A stretch of DNA of 64,000 bases, taken from Blastocladiella emersonii ATCC 22665 (taxonomy: Eukaryota; Fungi; Blastocladiomycota). The stretch is from positions 558,001 through 622,000 of the forward strand of contig JANHCV010000013.1 in NCBI GenBank assembly GCA_025594325.1. Reading direction: 5' to 3'. Within the stretch, counting starts at the first letter, position 1. Each line of letters opens with the position of its first letter. The position numbers and the translations under genes were made by a program. Positions 23,703 to 36,088 of this stretch are shown one piece after another. The notes below the pieces were generated by a model that saw only the letters and a list, made by a program, of their open reading frames with translations, ran no database searches and was not told where the DNA came from.

Positions 23703-24582
23703 TGTAGCAAGGTCGCTTTCACGGTGTGCTTCATGGTAGCGGGGAGCTCAAGTGGTCGGCGCCGACTTTGGCGTTGTTGATCAAACAGCTGACCGCCGCT
23801 GCCGGCTTCTCCTCCGCACTTGGTTGCCGAGCGGCATTTACAATGATGAATAACGCCATGTAACTTGACGCAACATACTTGAGCAGTATCCGTCGTTCCG
23901 TGCCAGTACAGCCTGGCCGACTCGCGAATACGACACTCTGGCGAGCGCCGCAATTGCCTCGATCGGTGTGCCACGCGTGCATGAGCATCATCATGCCACC
24001 TCGCCATGGCCTTGTGAGCCGAGCACCGCATTGAGTCTCGTCCGCCTTGATCGGGCCCGCTTCCGCGACGGCTGCCGCCCGCCTGCCTCGGCTCGCAGCG
24101 CGGTGACCGCTTTCGGACTGGACCGAGCTCGGACACCTGCTCGGACACGCTGTGTCGCTTCCGGTTCCCAATCCGCGCCCGCACAGGTGCTAGCGGCTCT
24201 TGTCGACCTTCAACCCGCTCACTTTGCGATTCTTCCACGTGCATGCGCCCCGACTGCTTCGTCGCTTCCCAACCTTCTTTGCTGTCACGGCTTTGCGCCA
24301 GGAGACCCTCCTGCGCGTCCGCTCGCCAAGTTTTCCCCACGTTTGCTCTGCGACCCTGGTGCGTCTTTGCTCACCGACCTTCTTCAATGTCCGCTCATCC
24401 GCCGCTCGTCCGCATCGTTGCCCATGCGGCCGCGGACCTGCAGTGGTAGTGGTGCGACGGCCGTGCCCACTCCCATACAGCTCAGGTGGGTGAAAGACCT
24501 TCAGGCACGAAAGAGCGTAGCAGTTGTGCTAGAATACAATTAAGAGTATGTTGCGCGAAAGAGCGCCGACAATTCAGTTCGG

Positions 24583-26872
24583 TCACGAGGTCTCGCTCGC
24601 GTCCGCACGCTTGCGGCCAAACTTCTCGCGCATCTCGCTCTCCATGTCCACGGCCTCGCACGCTTGGCGGTCAGGAAACGTGGCCTGAATCCGGACCATT
24701 TCCTTGAGGTGCTCGCGCCGGATTCCCGTTGGAATATCGGCGAGCGCATCCAATCGAATGTCGCGCGGGACGCCAGCAAATGCAGCATCGGGAATCATGC
24801 GGCTGAGCATAGGCGAGACGGGCCAGAGCGCGACGAAAAGGTCGAAAACAAACAGGGGCGATTTCGTCCGCATCGCCTCCATAATGAAAGCCGAGGTGCA
24901 GCCGCTGCTATCCGCAGCACAGCGCGCGTTGCTCGACTCGTGGAGCAGCGCCGATTCGTGGGAATGCTCAAAGTTGTTGAAGAAAACGGAAAAGCATTCG
25001 GACGGATCAGAGTCCGCGTCAATCGCGCTCAGGAGCAGAGTAAACGCGTCACGCCACGCGGGCTGGTACGATAGCGGGCAGTTGGGGCACACGGCGAACC
25101 CAGGCGCGGGCGGGAAGGCAAGGTCGGCGTGCGACGAGAAGTGAGCCGCGAGCATCGCGCCAAGCAGCAGCGCAGCAATCTTGGAGCCCTTAACGGCTTT
25201 CAGCGCCTGATCGCGGTCCGTGGTAAGGACACTGGTCGTAAGCCACGACAAGGCGTGCGAAACGGTCAAAGAAGGGGCAGTAATTTGGTTGAGATCGGTG
25301 GGAAGCAGGCGCGCTGCAACAGCGAAGGCATCGAGTCGAGTGGCAGTCGGCTCGGGCAGAGCAAGCAGCGCGGTGATGCACTCGAAGCGGGCGGCTCCGT
25401 ACCTGTCATTGGTATTGTTAAAAACGTTGAGCCCGATGCGGTCGACAGTTCCGGGCGAGCCAGTCGTGCGAGCGAGATGAACCAGACCGTCCATGAGTGA
25501 CGGCCGCGGTGAGAAGTGTCTCTCGCCGCGCCTCAGACAGGCTCTCCGGAATACTATAGCCGCGGCGAGCTCATGCGTTAGGGCACTACGGCTTGAAGAA
25601 ACGGTGGAGAGCAGACGTACCATCAAGGAGAATGTCGTCCCACAGTGCGCCATATGGAGCGAAACCACTGCAAAGCAAAGCCACGTCATCCTTGTCGCCA
25701 AATTCAAACGCACGCGCAAGGGTGGCCTTGAAGTAGGACGTGCCGACCAAGCCGAATGGAAAGAGCGGAAGGATTTGATCGACAGGGTTGTGAAAATCGG
25801 TATAGGATGCCGTATTGTCCTCCACGAAGGCCTTGCGGTTGAGCTTGGCCAAGTCCGCCTCGACCTGCTCTGGGAAGCGCGCAGCGAGAAGCGCAAGGGC
25901 AACCGGATGATGAAAGGCGATGTTTCCCAACGCAGTAGTATCTTCTCGCCGAATGTTCGACCAACCGCGCGCGTAAAGCCATCCAACGACGCCGGCAACG
26001 CTCTCACTCAAAGACGGATGCATTTGCAAGGCGAGCATGAAGATACACTCGAAGCCAAGTTCCGTTGACGCGACCGCGACAAGCGCGGCCTGATCGATGC
26101 TGTACTCGGGGCGGCGCGAGAGCAGCAGAAGCGAGACGGATTGCCAGTACACGGTCGCGATGAAGGCAAGCACGTCCGTGAAGCGCGGTGTCCAGTCAGG
26201 TTGCTTAAAGACGTCCACGAGGTTTTCCGCGTTGATCTTTTTGAACGTGAGCTCCGAGAGGTCCATGAACGGAACCAGTTTCAGCCACTCGGGCCAGCTG
26301 AGAGTTAGAGTAAGAAGCTGCGGCCACGCCGTCTTGATGTGATCGAGAAGCTCCTCCAAAAATGCCGCGGAGCCAGTCGCCGATGCATGCGTTGCGAGGA
26401 GTACGGTGACCGCAAGCGGGTGCCGGTGAAACTGGCGCAGGTTGGCGGCATCCGCGCGAGCAACGGCCTCGACCAAGTCAAAGTCCTCATTGCCCTCTGA
26501 GGCGTGGGTTCGGGTGCACGTGTGCAGCACGCGCATCACGGACTCGACAAGGATGCGGGCCCGCTCAAGAAAACGAGGTGGGGGCCGGTATCTGCAGGAG
26601 GCGCCGAGCCTATCAAGCGCGCGCGAAGTCGCGGACCAAACGCTGCGGGTGGGATTGGGACTGTTGTCCAGACTAGCGATCAAGCCGACTGCCCAGGACG
26701 AGAGAAAGTGTGGGTTGGCTATCATCGTGTAAGTCGTGCGAGAAGCGAGGACCAAGTCGAGGCGAAGCTGTGCGAGTTGGCCCACCGTGGCGGCGATCTC
26801 GCGCGGGAGGTCGGCGAGGCTTAGCGGCGGCATCTTGGAAGTGTCTAGGCTGGATTGCATGGAGTTTTTCAT
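24583..26872 (-). CDS. F-box-like repeat-family protein, copy C (intact, ~740 aa; intron 25554-25620)
   Basis: MKNSMQSSLDTSKMPPLSLADLPREIA. A 67-nt GTACGT...CTAAC...TAG intron joins LLD|VFRRACLRR. Tandem paralog of copy B. Confidence 0.85.
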
Positions 26873-28288
26873 AGTAGCAAGGTCGTTTTCATGGTGCGGT
26901 TCATGGCGGAGGGGAGCTCGAGTTGCCGGCGCCGACTTTGCGGCCGTTGATCCAACAGCTGACCGCCGCTGCCGACCTCGCCTCGCTCTCCCTCCCGCTT
27001 CCCCGGCAGGAACAACTGCCATGTAACTAGCCGCACACACATGATTGTATCTTAACTGTCGCGCGCCAGAGCGCCCGCCCTCGCTGGAAGATGCTCGTCG
27101 TAGTTTCACGCGCGGGTGTTGTTGGGCCGCCTTGTCATGAACTCGTCCCTCGAGAATCATGTTGAGAGCTTTGTCCCCTCCTACTGATCCCGCCTTGGCG
27201 CTGGCTGTCGCGTTTCTGCTTCGGCTCGCTGGGTGGCGACTGCTCACGGGTCAGCTTCAAGGTCAGTCACGCCGTGTCCCTTACGCTTCCCGATCCGTGC
27301 CCACATCCATGGCCACGGCTCCGTCATAACGATTGGCGAGACCTCTCCATGCTCGGGGCCCCGGCACTGCGCCAGCAATCACGGCTCACGTCGACTTTCG
27401 ACCTGCTCACTCGCGACTCGCCCGCGTTCATGGCGGCCATTCTGCGTCCTTGTTCCCCGAGCCTTCTTGCCGCTCTCCCAGCGAAACAGCCTCGCACCCC
27501 GCGGCTGCTGCGTCTCCTCCCGCCAAGCTTTCTTCACGCTTGCTTTGCGACTCAGGCTGGTCTTCGCTCTCCGATCTTTCCCACTGCTCGCTCAGTCACT
27601 TGTCCGCGCATCGTTAACCATGCGACCATGAACCTGATGCACGCGCCTGGTGTCCCGCAATCCGGATCGCCGCGCTCTCACTCCGCGGACGCGCACACTG
27701 GCGAGTAGGCCAGCAGCTGACTGCCTTCTTCGCGCTCGATGGCGACATTTGAAGCGCACGAACCGGTGTACTCCGCATCGCGCGCTTTACTTCCTTCACC
27801 AGCACCGCTTGAGCGCGAGCGTGTGCTTGGTCGCCGTCCGTCACACTTGCAGTGGCGCAACGCGTCGCGGAATGGCTCGAACGCGAACTTAACCGCCGCC
27901 TGCGTACCGTTCGGCACATGAACCGTGGACGCAACCAGAACTTTGGTCGCCGCGGCGACGACAGTGCTTGCGAACTTAGTTGCGCGGGCAGCGGCAGATC
28001 GTTGTGGCCGCGGAACGGGCGACTACCACTTGTCAAGCTTTACGCTCGCGGCTGGTGAGCTGGGTTCGCTCTGCAACAACCATTCGATCCTCAACTAGTT
28101 TAAGCGAGCACGCGCAACGATGAAAAAGGGTTTCGATGTGTCCTAAAACTTGGAGGTTGCGTGAGAAGAGCCATGGCCAAGGCCGCGGCCAGAGTCGTTT
28201 TCTTGCAGCTCAAGTCTTCTGGGCACGCAGGAATGAAGCGGGATGCATTCGCAGATGTGCTAAGATACAATGAAAGAAAATATGGCGC

Positions 28289-30414
28289 TCACTTGTACAC
28301 GCGCTGGTTTACGCAGAGGTACATCGGCACAATCTGGAACCCGTTCTCGCGCGAGATACGAAGGATCCCGGGGGCGGCGTTACCCGACTTGTCCTGGATA
28401 TCGTGCTCGAGGACGACCCAGCTGCGCTGCGACGGGTTGCGGATCCACGTGCGGTAGTACGACTCGATACCCTCGACCGACGCCGACGCCTCCCAGTCGC
28501 TCGTGTCCGAGTTCCAGATGGCCACGTTGTACCCGAGCTCGCCCGCGATCAGCTGGTAGATGGCCGCGTTGATGTTGCCGTACGGCGGGCGCATGAACCG
28601 CGGCTTGACGCCGACGATCCCGTACATGATGTCCTCGGTCTTGAGCATCTCGGTGCGCACCTCGGCGAGGGTGAGGGTCAAAAGGTCAGGGTGGGAGTAG
28701 GAATGCGAGGCGAGGTGATGGGCCTCCTGGAACGCGCGCACGACGAGCGCGGGCAGCGTCTGCATGTTGGACCCGAGCCAGTACAGCGTGGCCTTGGCGC
28801 CGGCCGCGCGGAACGCGTCGAGCACGCGCGCCGTGGCGATCCCCGGCCCGTCGTCGTACGTGATAGCGACCATTCCGGGCCACCCGCAGCTGAGCGTCTC
28901 GCCGTTAGGCCCGAGCTCGAAGTTGGGCGCCGGCAGGTTGGTCGCGGGCGTGAAGGTGCGCGGGTCGGCGACGGGCGTCGGCAGGTACGCGGGCGCGGCG
29001 CCGGCGACGGTCGTGAGCCCGCACCCGGGGATGTTGACGTAGACCTCGCCGTCGCACTGCGACAGGCAGCCCCGGGACTTGGCGCAGTTGGACGGGCCCG
29101 ACCCGCAGTACCCGTCGGGACCGCAGCACACGCCGCCGGGACATGCCTCGGTTGCCGAGCACGTGCCGAGGTTGCTGTTGAGCAGGCACACGCCCGCGGG
29201 GGTCACGGTGCGGATCGCGCCCGACGGCGTGGTCGAGGTCGGCGTCGGCGTGCGCGTCGAGGTCGAGGTGGCGGTCACGGACGAGGAGCCGCACGTTGGG
29301 AGACCGGCGACGGCCTTCTTGTCGCACTGGCCCTGGCACCCGGTCCCGCAGTGGTCGGCGGTCGTGCCGCACCACCCGTACTGCGAGCAGCACTGGCCGC
29401 CGGGACACAGCTGCGTCGCCGAGCACTGGTCCGAGCCTGCGGGCAGGATGCACCGGCCGCCGGGGACGAGTGTGCCCGTCGGTGACGGCGAGACGGCGGT
29501 GCCAGTGGCGGTGGCGGTCGAGGTCGGCGACGGCGAGGTGCCGCCGCACACGGGCAGGTTCGGGATCGCGACCTTGTCACACTGGCTCGAGCAGCCTAGG
29601 AGATCGTTTGTCGCGTGTCAGTGATTGTTTGTGCGCGATGGACGTGCGCGACGGACGTGCGCGGGAAGAAGCGACGTACCGGTGCCACAGTACGCCGAGG
29701 TGGTCCCACACCAGCCGTACTGCGAGCAGCACTGGCCGCCGGGGCACACGTTGAGCGCCGAGCACTGCAGTGTCGACGACGAGAGGACGCAGCGGCCGCC
29801 AGGCGTGCCAGTCGACGTCGGGACCGCGCTCGTCGTCGTGCCCGTGGAGGACCCACCCGTGGCGATACGGATGTTTTTGACCTTGAACCCAGCGCTGTCG
29901 GCCCAGACGATAGCGTGGCCGCGGGCGGCGATGGCGCCGGGGAACGCGGTGACGGGGACGGTGGCGGTGCCCGACTTGGCGGCGGCCGTGTACGTGTAGT
30001 AGGCGGACGAGGCGTAGCTGCCCGTGCACGCGGCGGCGCGCATCTGGAACTCGAGGCTCACCTTGGCGCCCGCGGCGGGCGCCTCGTAGTCGAAGGTCAC
30101 GGACTGCAGCGTCGTGCACTTGGTGGCGGGCGCGATCACCTCGGCCCACCACGACGAGGCCTACGCGATCGCGGGGTTCGGGTGGCGGCGTCAGTCGAGC
30201 GCGAGCGGACTGGGCGAGCGGAGCATCGAGATCGTACCGAGAGGGTGACGCCGACGCCCGCGGTGACGGTCACGGCCGACCCGCCGCGCCAGTACGAGAG
30301 ACTGTTGAGATCGGGGTTGGTGCTGGAAAAGTTGTCGACGACGACGGTCTGGGCGGACGCGCCGCGGGCCGCGAGGCCGAGGACGGCCGCGGCGGCGACG
30401 AGCAGGTGCCGCAT
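28289..30414 (-). CDS. Secreted CE4 polysaccharide (chitin) deacetylase with three CBM18/hevein-like modules (~654 aa; introns 30161-30237, 29596-29679)
   Basis: Signal peptide [21 protein letters not shown]; CCSQYGWCG twice plus CCGPDGYCG; CE4 motifs [31 protein letters not shown]. Exon phases are consistent. Confidence 0.93.
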
Positions 30415-31107
30415 TCTGAGAGGTGTATCACGATCTAGCCGAGCGAGGGCGCGAAGAAGAAGAGAGCAGAGCAGATCCAACCCCCCACGGGCGCTATTTA
30501 TCGGCCGCGCGCCCGCCAGCGTGAGGCCGACCAGAATCCGCCAAAATCGGCCTCGCTGTGCATGCGCATAGAGTTGCGCGCGCTCGGTTTGCGTGCGTGT
30601 GCGAGGAGCCCGCCGGCACGCCGAAGCGGGATCAACCTTGCTCACCGTTCCAGGAAGGCGCGCGCACGCGCTCGCACAGAGTTGGGCGGCGCGCGATGGG
30701 AACCTTGTGCGCCATCGCGCTGTGGCGCAAGCGTGGGTCCATGATTGGATCGGTCGCTGCGGCACCGAAAACCCCTATTCCGGGCAGGTCCGCGTGACGG
30801 GCGCAACGCGTCGCGTCGAGCGCGGTCGGCGCGTAGAGGGAGCATGGGCATGGTGATCGGGTTACATTGCAGGAGGTGGTCGGGCGGGGAGCTCGAGGAT
30901 CAGTGGAGTGGCGACCAAAAGGTGGCGCAGTCGCGAGCGCGATCGCGGGGAGGCATAGGGTCGGCAGTCAGGTGACTGATCACTGGATTTTGCGACGCGT
31001 CTCCCACGGCTCTTGCGCTAGCTCGCGCGCTATCCCTCCGACCAAATGTTGCTCGAGTGGATCTGGATGTCTCGTTCCGTTTGCTCCAGTGACTAAAGCA
31101 TTCCATA

Positions 31108-31363
31108 CAGTCGTTTTCACTGGGAACTGAACACGCGATTGTTTGCGAGCTCTGAAACACACTCTTTCGCGGCTTCTTTTCGCGTTCCATTCCACGTTCT
31201 CGCTGTGCCAGCTTGCCGCCGCGGGCGTCCCGCCAGCGTCTCGTGCACCCCGCTCGCCCCGCAACGCATCAAGTGAGGTCACGCGATGGCGCTGCGCCAC
31301 TCACCTACGCTGCGCGCCGTCGCCGCGGCCGCCGTCGCGGCCAGCGAGAGGGGAAGCACTGAG
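31108..31363 (+). repeat. Left TIR (256 bp)
   Basis: Reverse complement of 32160-32415 with one noticed mismatch (tgtg vs tgcg). Confidence 0.95.
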
Positions 31364-31397
31364 AACGGTGAGATCACCCTGATGAATGTAAGCGCTA

Positions 31398-31909
31398 GTG
31401 GAAGTCTCCACGACCATGACATGCAGCAAAGACCTCAAGCGCGCCGCTGTTCGCATGCACAGAGTGAAAGGACTTCCGGTCCGCCGTGTCTCGAACCGCC
31501 TCGAGGTCTCGCAGGGCAGCGTTTCTGAGTGGAGCCAACTCGTTGACGTGCTGGGCGAGGACGCCTTCGTGCCGCGCCGCCACGCGCGACAGTCCAAACT
31601 TGGTCCCGACGATGTGGACATACGCCGATCCTGCGACTGCATACCCATGATCCGCGCCTCACGCAGCGGATGCTCTAGTACAACATCGTCGCAGGCATCT
31701 CGATTGACGGCATTGTTCTCAGCTATCCCGTTGTGAGCAGCGTTCAACCGCAAGAAGTTCTGGGAAATCATCTACGATCACCTAGTACGGTTCGCTTCGC
31801 GCCACGCGTCAGGCGCTCGGATGGACGCTAACCGCTTCTCACTCTGCCCGCGTACTTGCCCAACCTCAACCCGATTGAGAACACGTTTGGTATTTTCAAA
31901 CGCTCGCTT
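31398..31909 (+). pseudogene. Tc1/IS630 transposase remnants
   Basis: HTH-like SKDLKRAAVRMHRVKGLPVRRVSNRLEVSQGSVSEW, and LPAYLPNLNPIENTFGIFK (31838-31909), equivalent to the LPxYSPDLNPIE motif. The middle of the catalytic domain is missing. Confidence 0.85.
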
Positions 31910-32159
31910 GACGCGGCTGCGACGCGGACGACATGTGGTTGACGGCGGCGAGGACGTGCCCGCTCGCGACCTCCGCCGGCGACGGCTGCGGCTGCGCCGA
32001 GCCCTGGGACGACTTGCGGCTGCCGCGGTTGCGGCCAACGGCCAGGTCGGTCGGCAGCCGCGGCGGCAGCGAGGACCGCCTAGTCACGATTTACAAGGGT
32101 GTTTCGTAGCAAGTTCATATGTATTGTTCATCAAGACGTCGTTGCATCAACAATGTCTC

Positions 32160-32415
32160 CTCAGTGCTTCCCCTCTCGCTGGCCGCGACGGCGGCCGCGG
32201 CGACGGCGCGCAGCGTAGGTGAGTGGCGCAGCGCCATCGCGTGACCTCACTTGATGCGTTGCGGGGCGAGCGGGGTGCACGAGACGCTGGCGGGACGCCC
32301 GCGGCGGCAAGCTGGCGCAGCGAGAACGTGGAATGGAACGCGAAAAGAAGCCGCGAAAGAGTGTGTTTCAGAGCTCGCAAACAATCGCGTGTTCAGTTCC
32401 CAGTGAAAACGACTG
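32160..32415 (-). repeat. Right TIR (256 bp)
   Basis: Reverse complement of 31108-31363. Confidence 0.95.
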
Positions 32416-32458
32416 TATATATTCAGCAGGGCGACACAACCATCCCTGTTCAACTCAT

Positions 32459-34796
32459 TTACTCGTCGTCGGAATCAGCTGTAGTTTCATCCCAGGGGGG
32501 TTTGGCCAAGGCTTTTATCGTTTTCTTGTGCAGCTCAACAAGGCACGCGTACTCGGAACTTGATGTTGTCACGGGTGCGAGGTGCTGAAGCGCGCTCAAC
32601 AAGTCACCGTGTTCGTGGGAGGCCGATGCAATCCGAGCAAGCTCGTACACCGTTGCCACGCCATCCAGCATGCCCGAGGGCACGGCAGCAAACGCCTTGG
32701 CATTGAAAGGGTTGAACATCGCAAGGAAGTGGAGCAGCCAACGCGAGTCAACGCGCGCAAGCGCCGCAACCAAGTGCTGCGTTGGGCCGTCGTTGGGTGA
32801 CCCACGAGTGCAGCATGGGTTCGCTTCTTCTTGCGAAAAAGAAGCCTTCATGCTGTGCAAGAGCTCCTTGCGATTGTAATCTGCGCCGCGGAATCGAATT
32901 TCTTGCAGTGCGTGCGGGAACGTGGAAAGCATGACGTGAAGCGCGTCGCGCCACGCGGCCTGGTACGGAAGCGGGCACTATTGGCAAAGAGTGAGACCTG
33001 GAGCACAGTACGGAACGGCTGGCTCCCCGCAAAGTCTGTTGGTAAGCATTGCTTCGATCAGCATCGGAGCGATTCCAAGCTCGACCACAAGTTTGAGAGC
33101 AGAAGCGCGCGATTCCGTGGACACGAGTACAACTGTCAAGATCCACGTCAGCTGGCGAGAAAGCTGATGGGTGCCAAGAACGGCCGTCGCTTTGGAAGCG
33201 ATGCGAAAGACGTCCATCGGATCGGCAATCAAGTCATAGTGAACGAGTTGGCTGAGCACAAGTACGGGCTTCTTGGACAGGACGATCATCTTGCAGAATT
33301 GGTCGGTGAGGTCGCCCAAGTTCCACTCGCGTGCAAGCTGCACGATCGACTGCGCCAAAGTTGGCGGAGGGGCTTCCCCCTTGAGAGTCACGAAGTTGAA
33401 CCTGAAATTGTCATCAGAGAACATGGCCCGCAAAGCTTCGTGGTCGTGCGCGAGTTAGTAGTGCTGACGATATCAGAGTCGAACGGCTGAACGTACCTTC
33501 GACCACAACTGCAGACTGCTGATCACGGTCAACATGAGCACGGATCATTTCGACAATGTGAGGGCAGTGCTTCAATGCCTTGGCGAGACCGTAGCCCCAC
33601 TCCCGATTGCCGATGCTGAGTACACCGGAATTGAGCACAATGGAAAACTGTTCCGACGTGACGTAAGGCTCGCCACCGAACCATCCAAAGATACGTTTCC
33701 AAATGGGGACAAGCGGCTCCGCTGGCTTGCCCTCAAGCACAATGCTTGCATGCTTGGAGAGCGCGTGTGAGCACGCAGCCGGCCCACAGCGGACTAAGGC
33801 ATGCACAAGCCAGCCGGTCCGTGTGTGGGCTGTGTTGGTCCAGCCGTTGTTCGCGAGAAAATCAAGAACTGGCATTTTGTCTGTGTCCGAGTCCGCGGTG
33901 AGACGCTTGGCAAGAACTCCAGCAATCGTCTCCAAACGAAGAAACGAAATAAGGGCAGCTACGTCGATGCCAACACTAGACGAAAGCAAGAATTCCAGCA
34001 TCGGATAGTTCCAGTCCGAAACTGCGACATAACCGAGGAGCTCGACCAACCGAAGTGGGCGCGTTGGCAAGTTGTCCGAATCGGCCAAGTTGTTGGGCCG
34101 GAAAGCTCTCTGGTTGGTGAAGCGATTTTGAGCGTGGAAAGCGCTTACCATCCATTCATCCCATGTAAGTGTGGTGCGTAACAGCACCGGGCAGTGTTCG
34201 ACAAGATCTGAAAAGAGTTGCTGGAAGAATGCTGCGCGACAGCCCATGGCCGCCCAAAGCAAGATCAGAATGTACATGGCCAGCGGTGGTCGAGCAAGCG
34301 TTGAATTTGACGGCTGCGTAGTGCTGGCGCGAATAATGTCTGAAATCTGCATTGCGTCCATTCCCCGCACACGGCCGGCAAGGACATCGCCCCCAACTGC
34401 GTGAGTAAAAGAGCGCAACAATTCAAAACCGGCCGGAAAAGAGTCGATGCAACCCCGTGGTAGAAAACCTGTTTGGGTACGATATTCCGAGCGCTGCAAA
34501 GCGTCAAGGCTCTGCTTAATCGTGATCAAAACCGAGTCGCAGTTTTCCGCCTTGCTGCGTCGATTTGCGAGTCGATTATCGGCACCATGCAGCTTCATTT
34601 TTGGAATCGACCAGGTTCCAAGCACGGGTCGCTCACTCGCACCCAAGAAGAGCTGCTTGGAAGCGGCTGGAATGGCGACGTGCGGTGCAGCAAGTTGCAG
34701 CACGCGGATCGCGATCTCCGTCGAGACGTCGCCCAGGCTCGCAGCCTGAGCTTCGGAATTCATTGAGTCTAACATGGATATTTTGCTTTCATACAT
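32459..34796 (-). pseudogene. F-box-like repeat-family gene, copy D (intron 33436-33496; in-frame TAG at 32978-32980)
   Basis: SLGDVSTEIAIRVLQLA, the conserved phase-1 intron, and PGLTLCQ*CPLPYQAAWRDAL with the stop inside the CxxC motif. Confidence 0.8.
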
Positions 34797-35123
34797 GTGA
34801 ACTGTTTGATCAGAGAGAACAAGTGCGGCTAGGGTGCAGGTTGACTGCCGCAAACGTTTCCTTTTGATCGAACAAATGCATTCCAGGGGCAAGGATGCGC
34901 TACAGACCACAAAGGCTGTGAGAGACGGAGGTGGTGAGACGCGGAGGCGACAATACACGGTGGGTGCGAGACGCGGCGGGTGCGAGACACGGGGGGTGCG
35001 AGACGCGTTCCGATATCACGTTCCGTCACCTGACGTTCGGGGACCTCGCCGATCGCTCTTTCGCCGTCGTCCGTCCCTCCATCCATCTTCCCCGACCCCA
35101 CCTCCCTGCAACGGATCAACACC

Positions 35124-36004
35124 ATGACACTCCATGCAGTCACCTCGTCGGATGCGCCCGCATCGTCCAAGCGCGTGCGCGACCCGTCCGACGTCACGGA
35201 CCACCTGACGCACGCGGCGCCCGTGTCCGCGTCGACCCCAGCCGAGCCCGCGACCGTCCTGCGCTCGCTGCCCTCCTTCATTGACGCCAAAACCCACGTC
35301 GTCGACTCGTCGGTCGACCCGGCGTCCGTGTCGGTCGCGCAGTGGACAGGCGCGTGCCGGCTGTCCGTCTCGCCGCGCATCGCGCACCTGCCCGAGCGCG
35401 GCATGCTGGTCGTCGCCAACCCGCGCGTCTACTGGTGGAGCGAGTCGGCCGAGGTCGGTGTCGCCATCGAGTACCGCTCGATCATCATGCACGCCGTGCA
35501 GCGCGGGAGCGCCGACGGCGAGCCGCCCGCCGTTTACTGCCAGCTTGGAGTGCAGCTCGGCGACGAGGTTGGCCCGGGGCTTGCGGCGGTTGCTGGCGGC
35601 AAGCCTGAGGCGGCGTCGCGCGAAGAGGACGAGGACGGCATGGATCAGGACGACGAGGAGTTTTCCGAGATGTGGATCTACCCCGACGACGTCAACCAGG
35701 GTACGCTCACACTGCTTTTTTTTCGCTGCTCCGCCGTAAACTGACTAATTATATCACCGTAGTCGACGATCTCTTCACCTGCATGTCCATGTGCGCGTCG
35801 ATGCACCCGGACCCCATGGACGAGGACGACAGCGACGACGGCGATAGCGAGGCCGACCGGGCTGCCGCCGAGCTCATGATGGCGGCCATGAGCGGCGATG
35901 GTGCCGCCGTGTCGGCCAGCGCGGCCGCCAACCTCTCCGCGGCGGGTGCCGCGAACCTCGCGCGGTTCGAGGCCATGTTCGAGGACGCTGCCGGCGACGA
36001 GTAG
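35124..36004 (+). CDS. Methylosome subunit pICln / Lot5-like (Voldacs domain), ~272 aa; intron 35701-35762
   Basis: GVAIEYRSIIMHAVQR, PAVYCQL, EMWIYPDD..|VDDLFTCMSMCASMHPDP and acidic tracts. The 62-nt intron keeps frame. Confidence 0.88.
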
Positions 36005-36088
36005 CGCACTGGAATACACGCTCACACTTCTTGCTCACACTCTCACGACTCGAGTTATAGGAAGCGCGAATATACCAACGATTAGAAC

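Larger units (their letters stand above)
31108..32415 (+). mobile_element. Internally deleted Tc1/IS630-like DNA transposon (1308 bp)
   Basis: TA at 31106-31107 and 32416-32417, CAGT termini, 256-bp TIRs, and HTH and DDE-motif remnants inside. Confidence 0.93.

Noticed and set aside
21442-26007. Two-gene operon-like or programmed-frameshift cassette (ORF A + ORF B)
   Set aside because: A canonical GT-AG intron with consistent phase explains the join in five copies.
27614-28060. Possible kinase-like fragment (GTQAAVKFA)
   Set aside because: Only one short motif resemblance; no glycine loop, HRD or DFG found in any frame.
28403-29485. 360-aa plus ORF and other overlapping ORFs
   Set aside because: Shadow frames of the chitin deacetylase.
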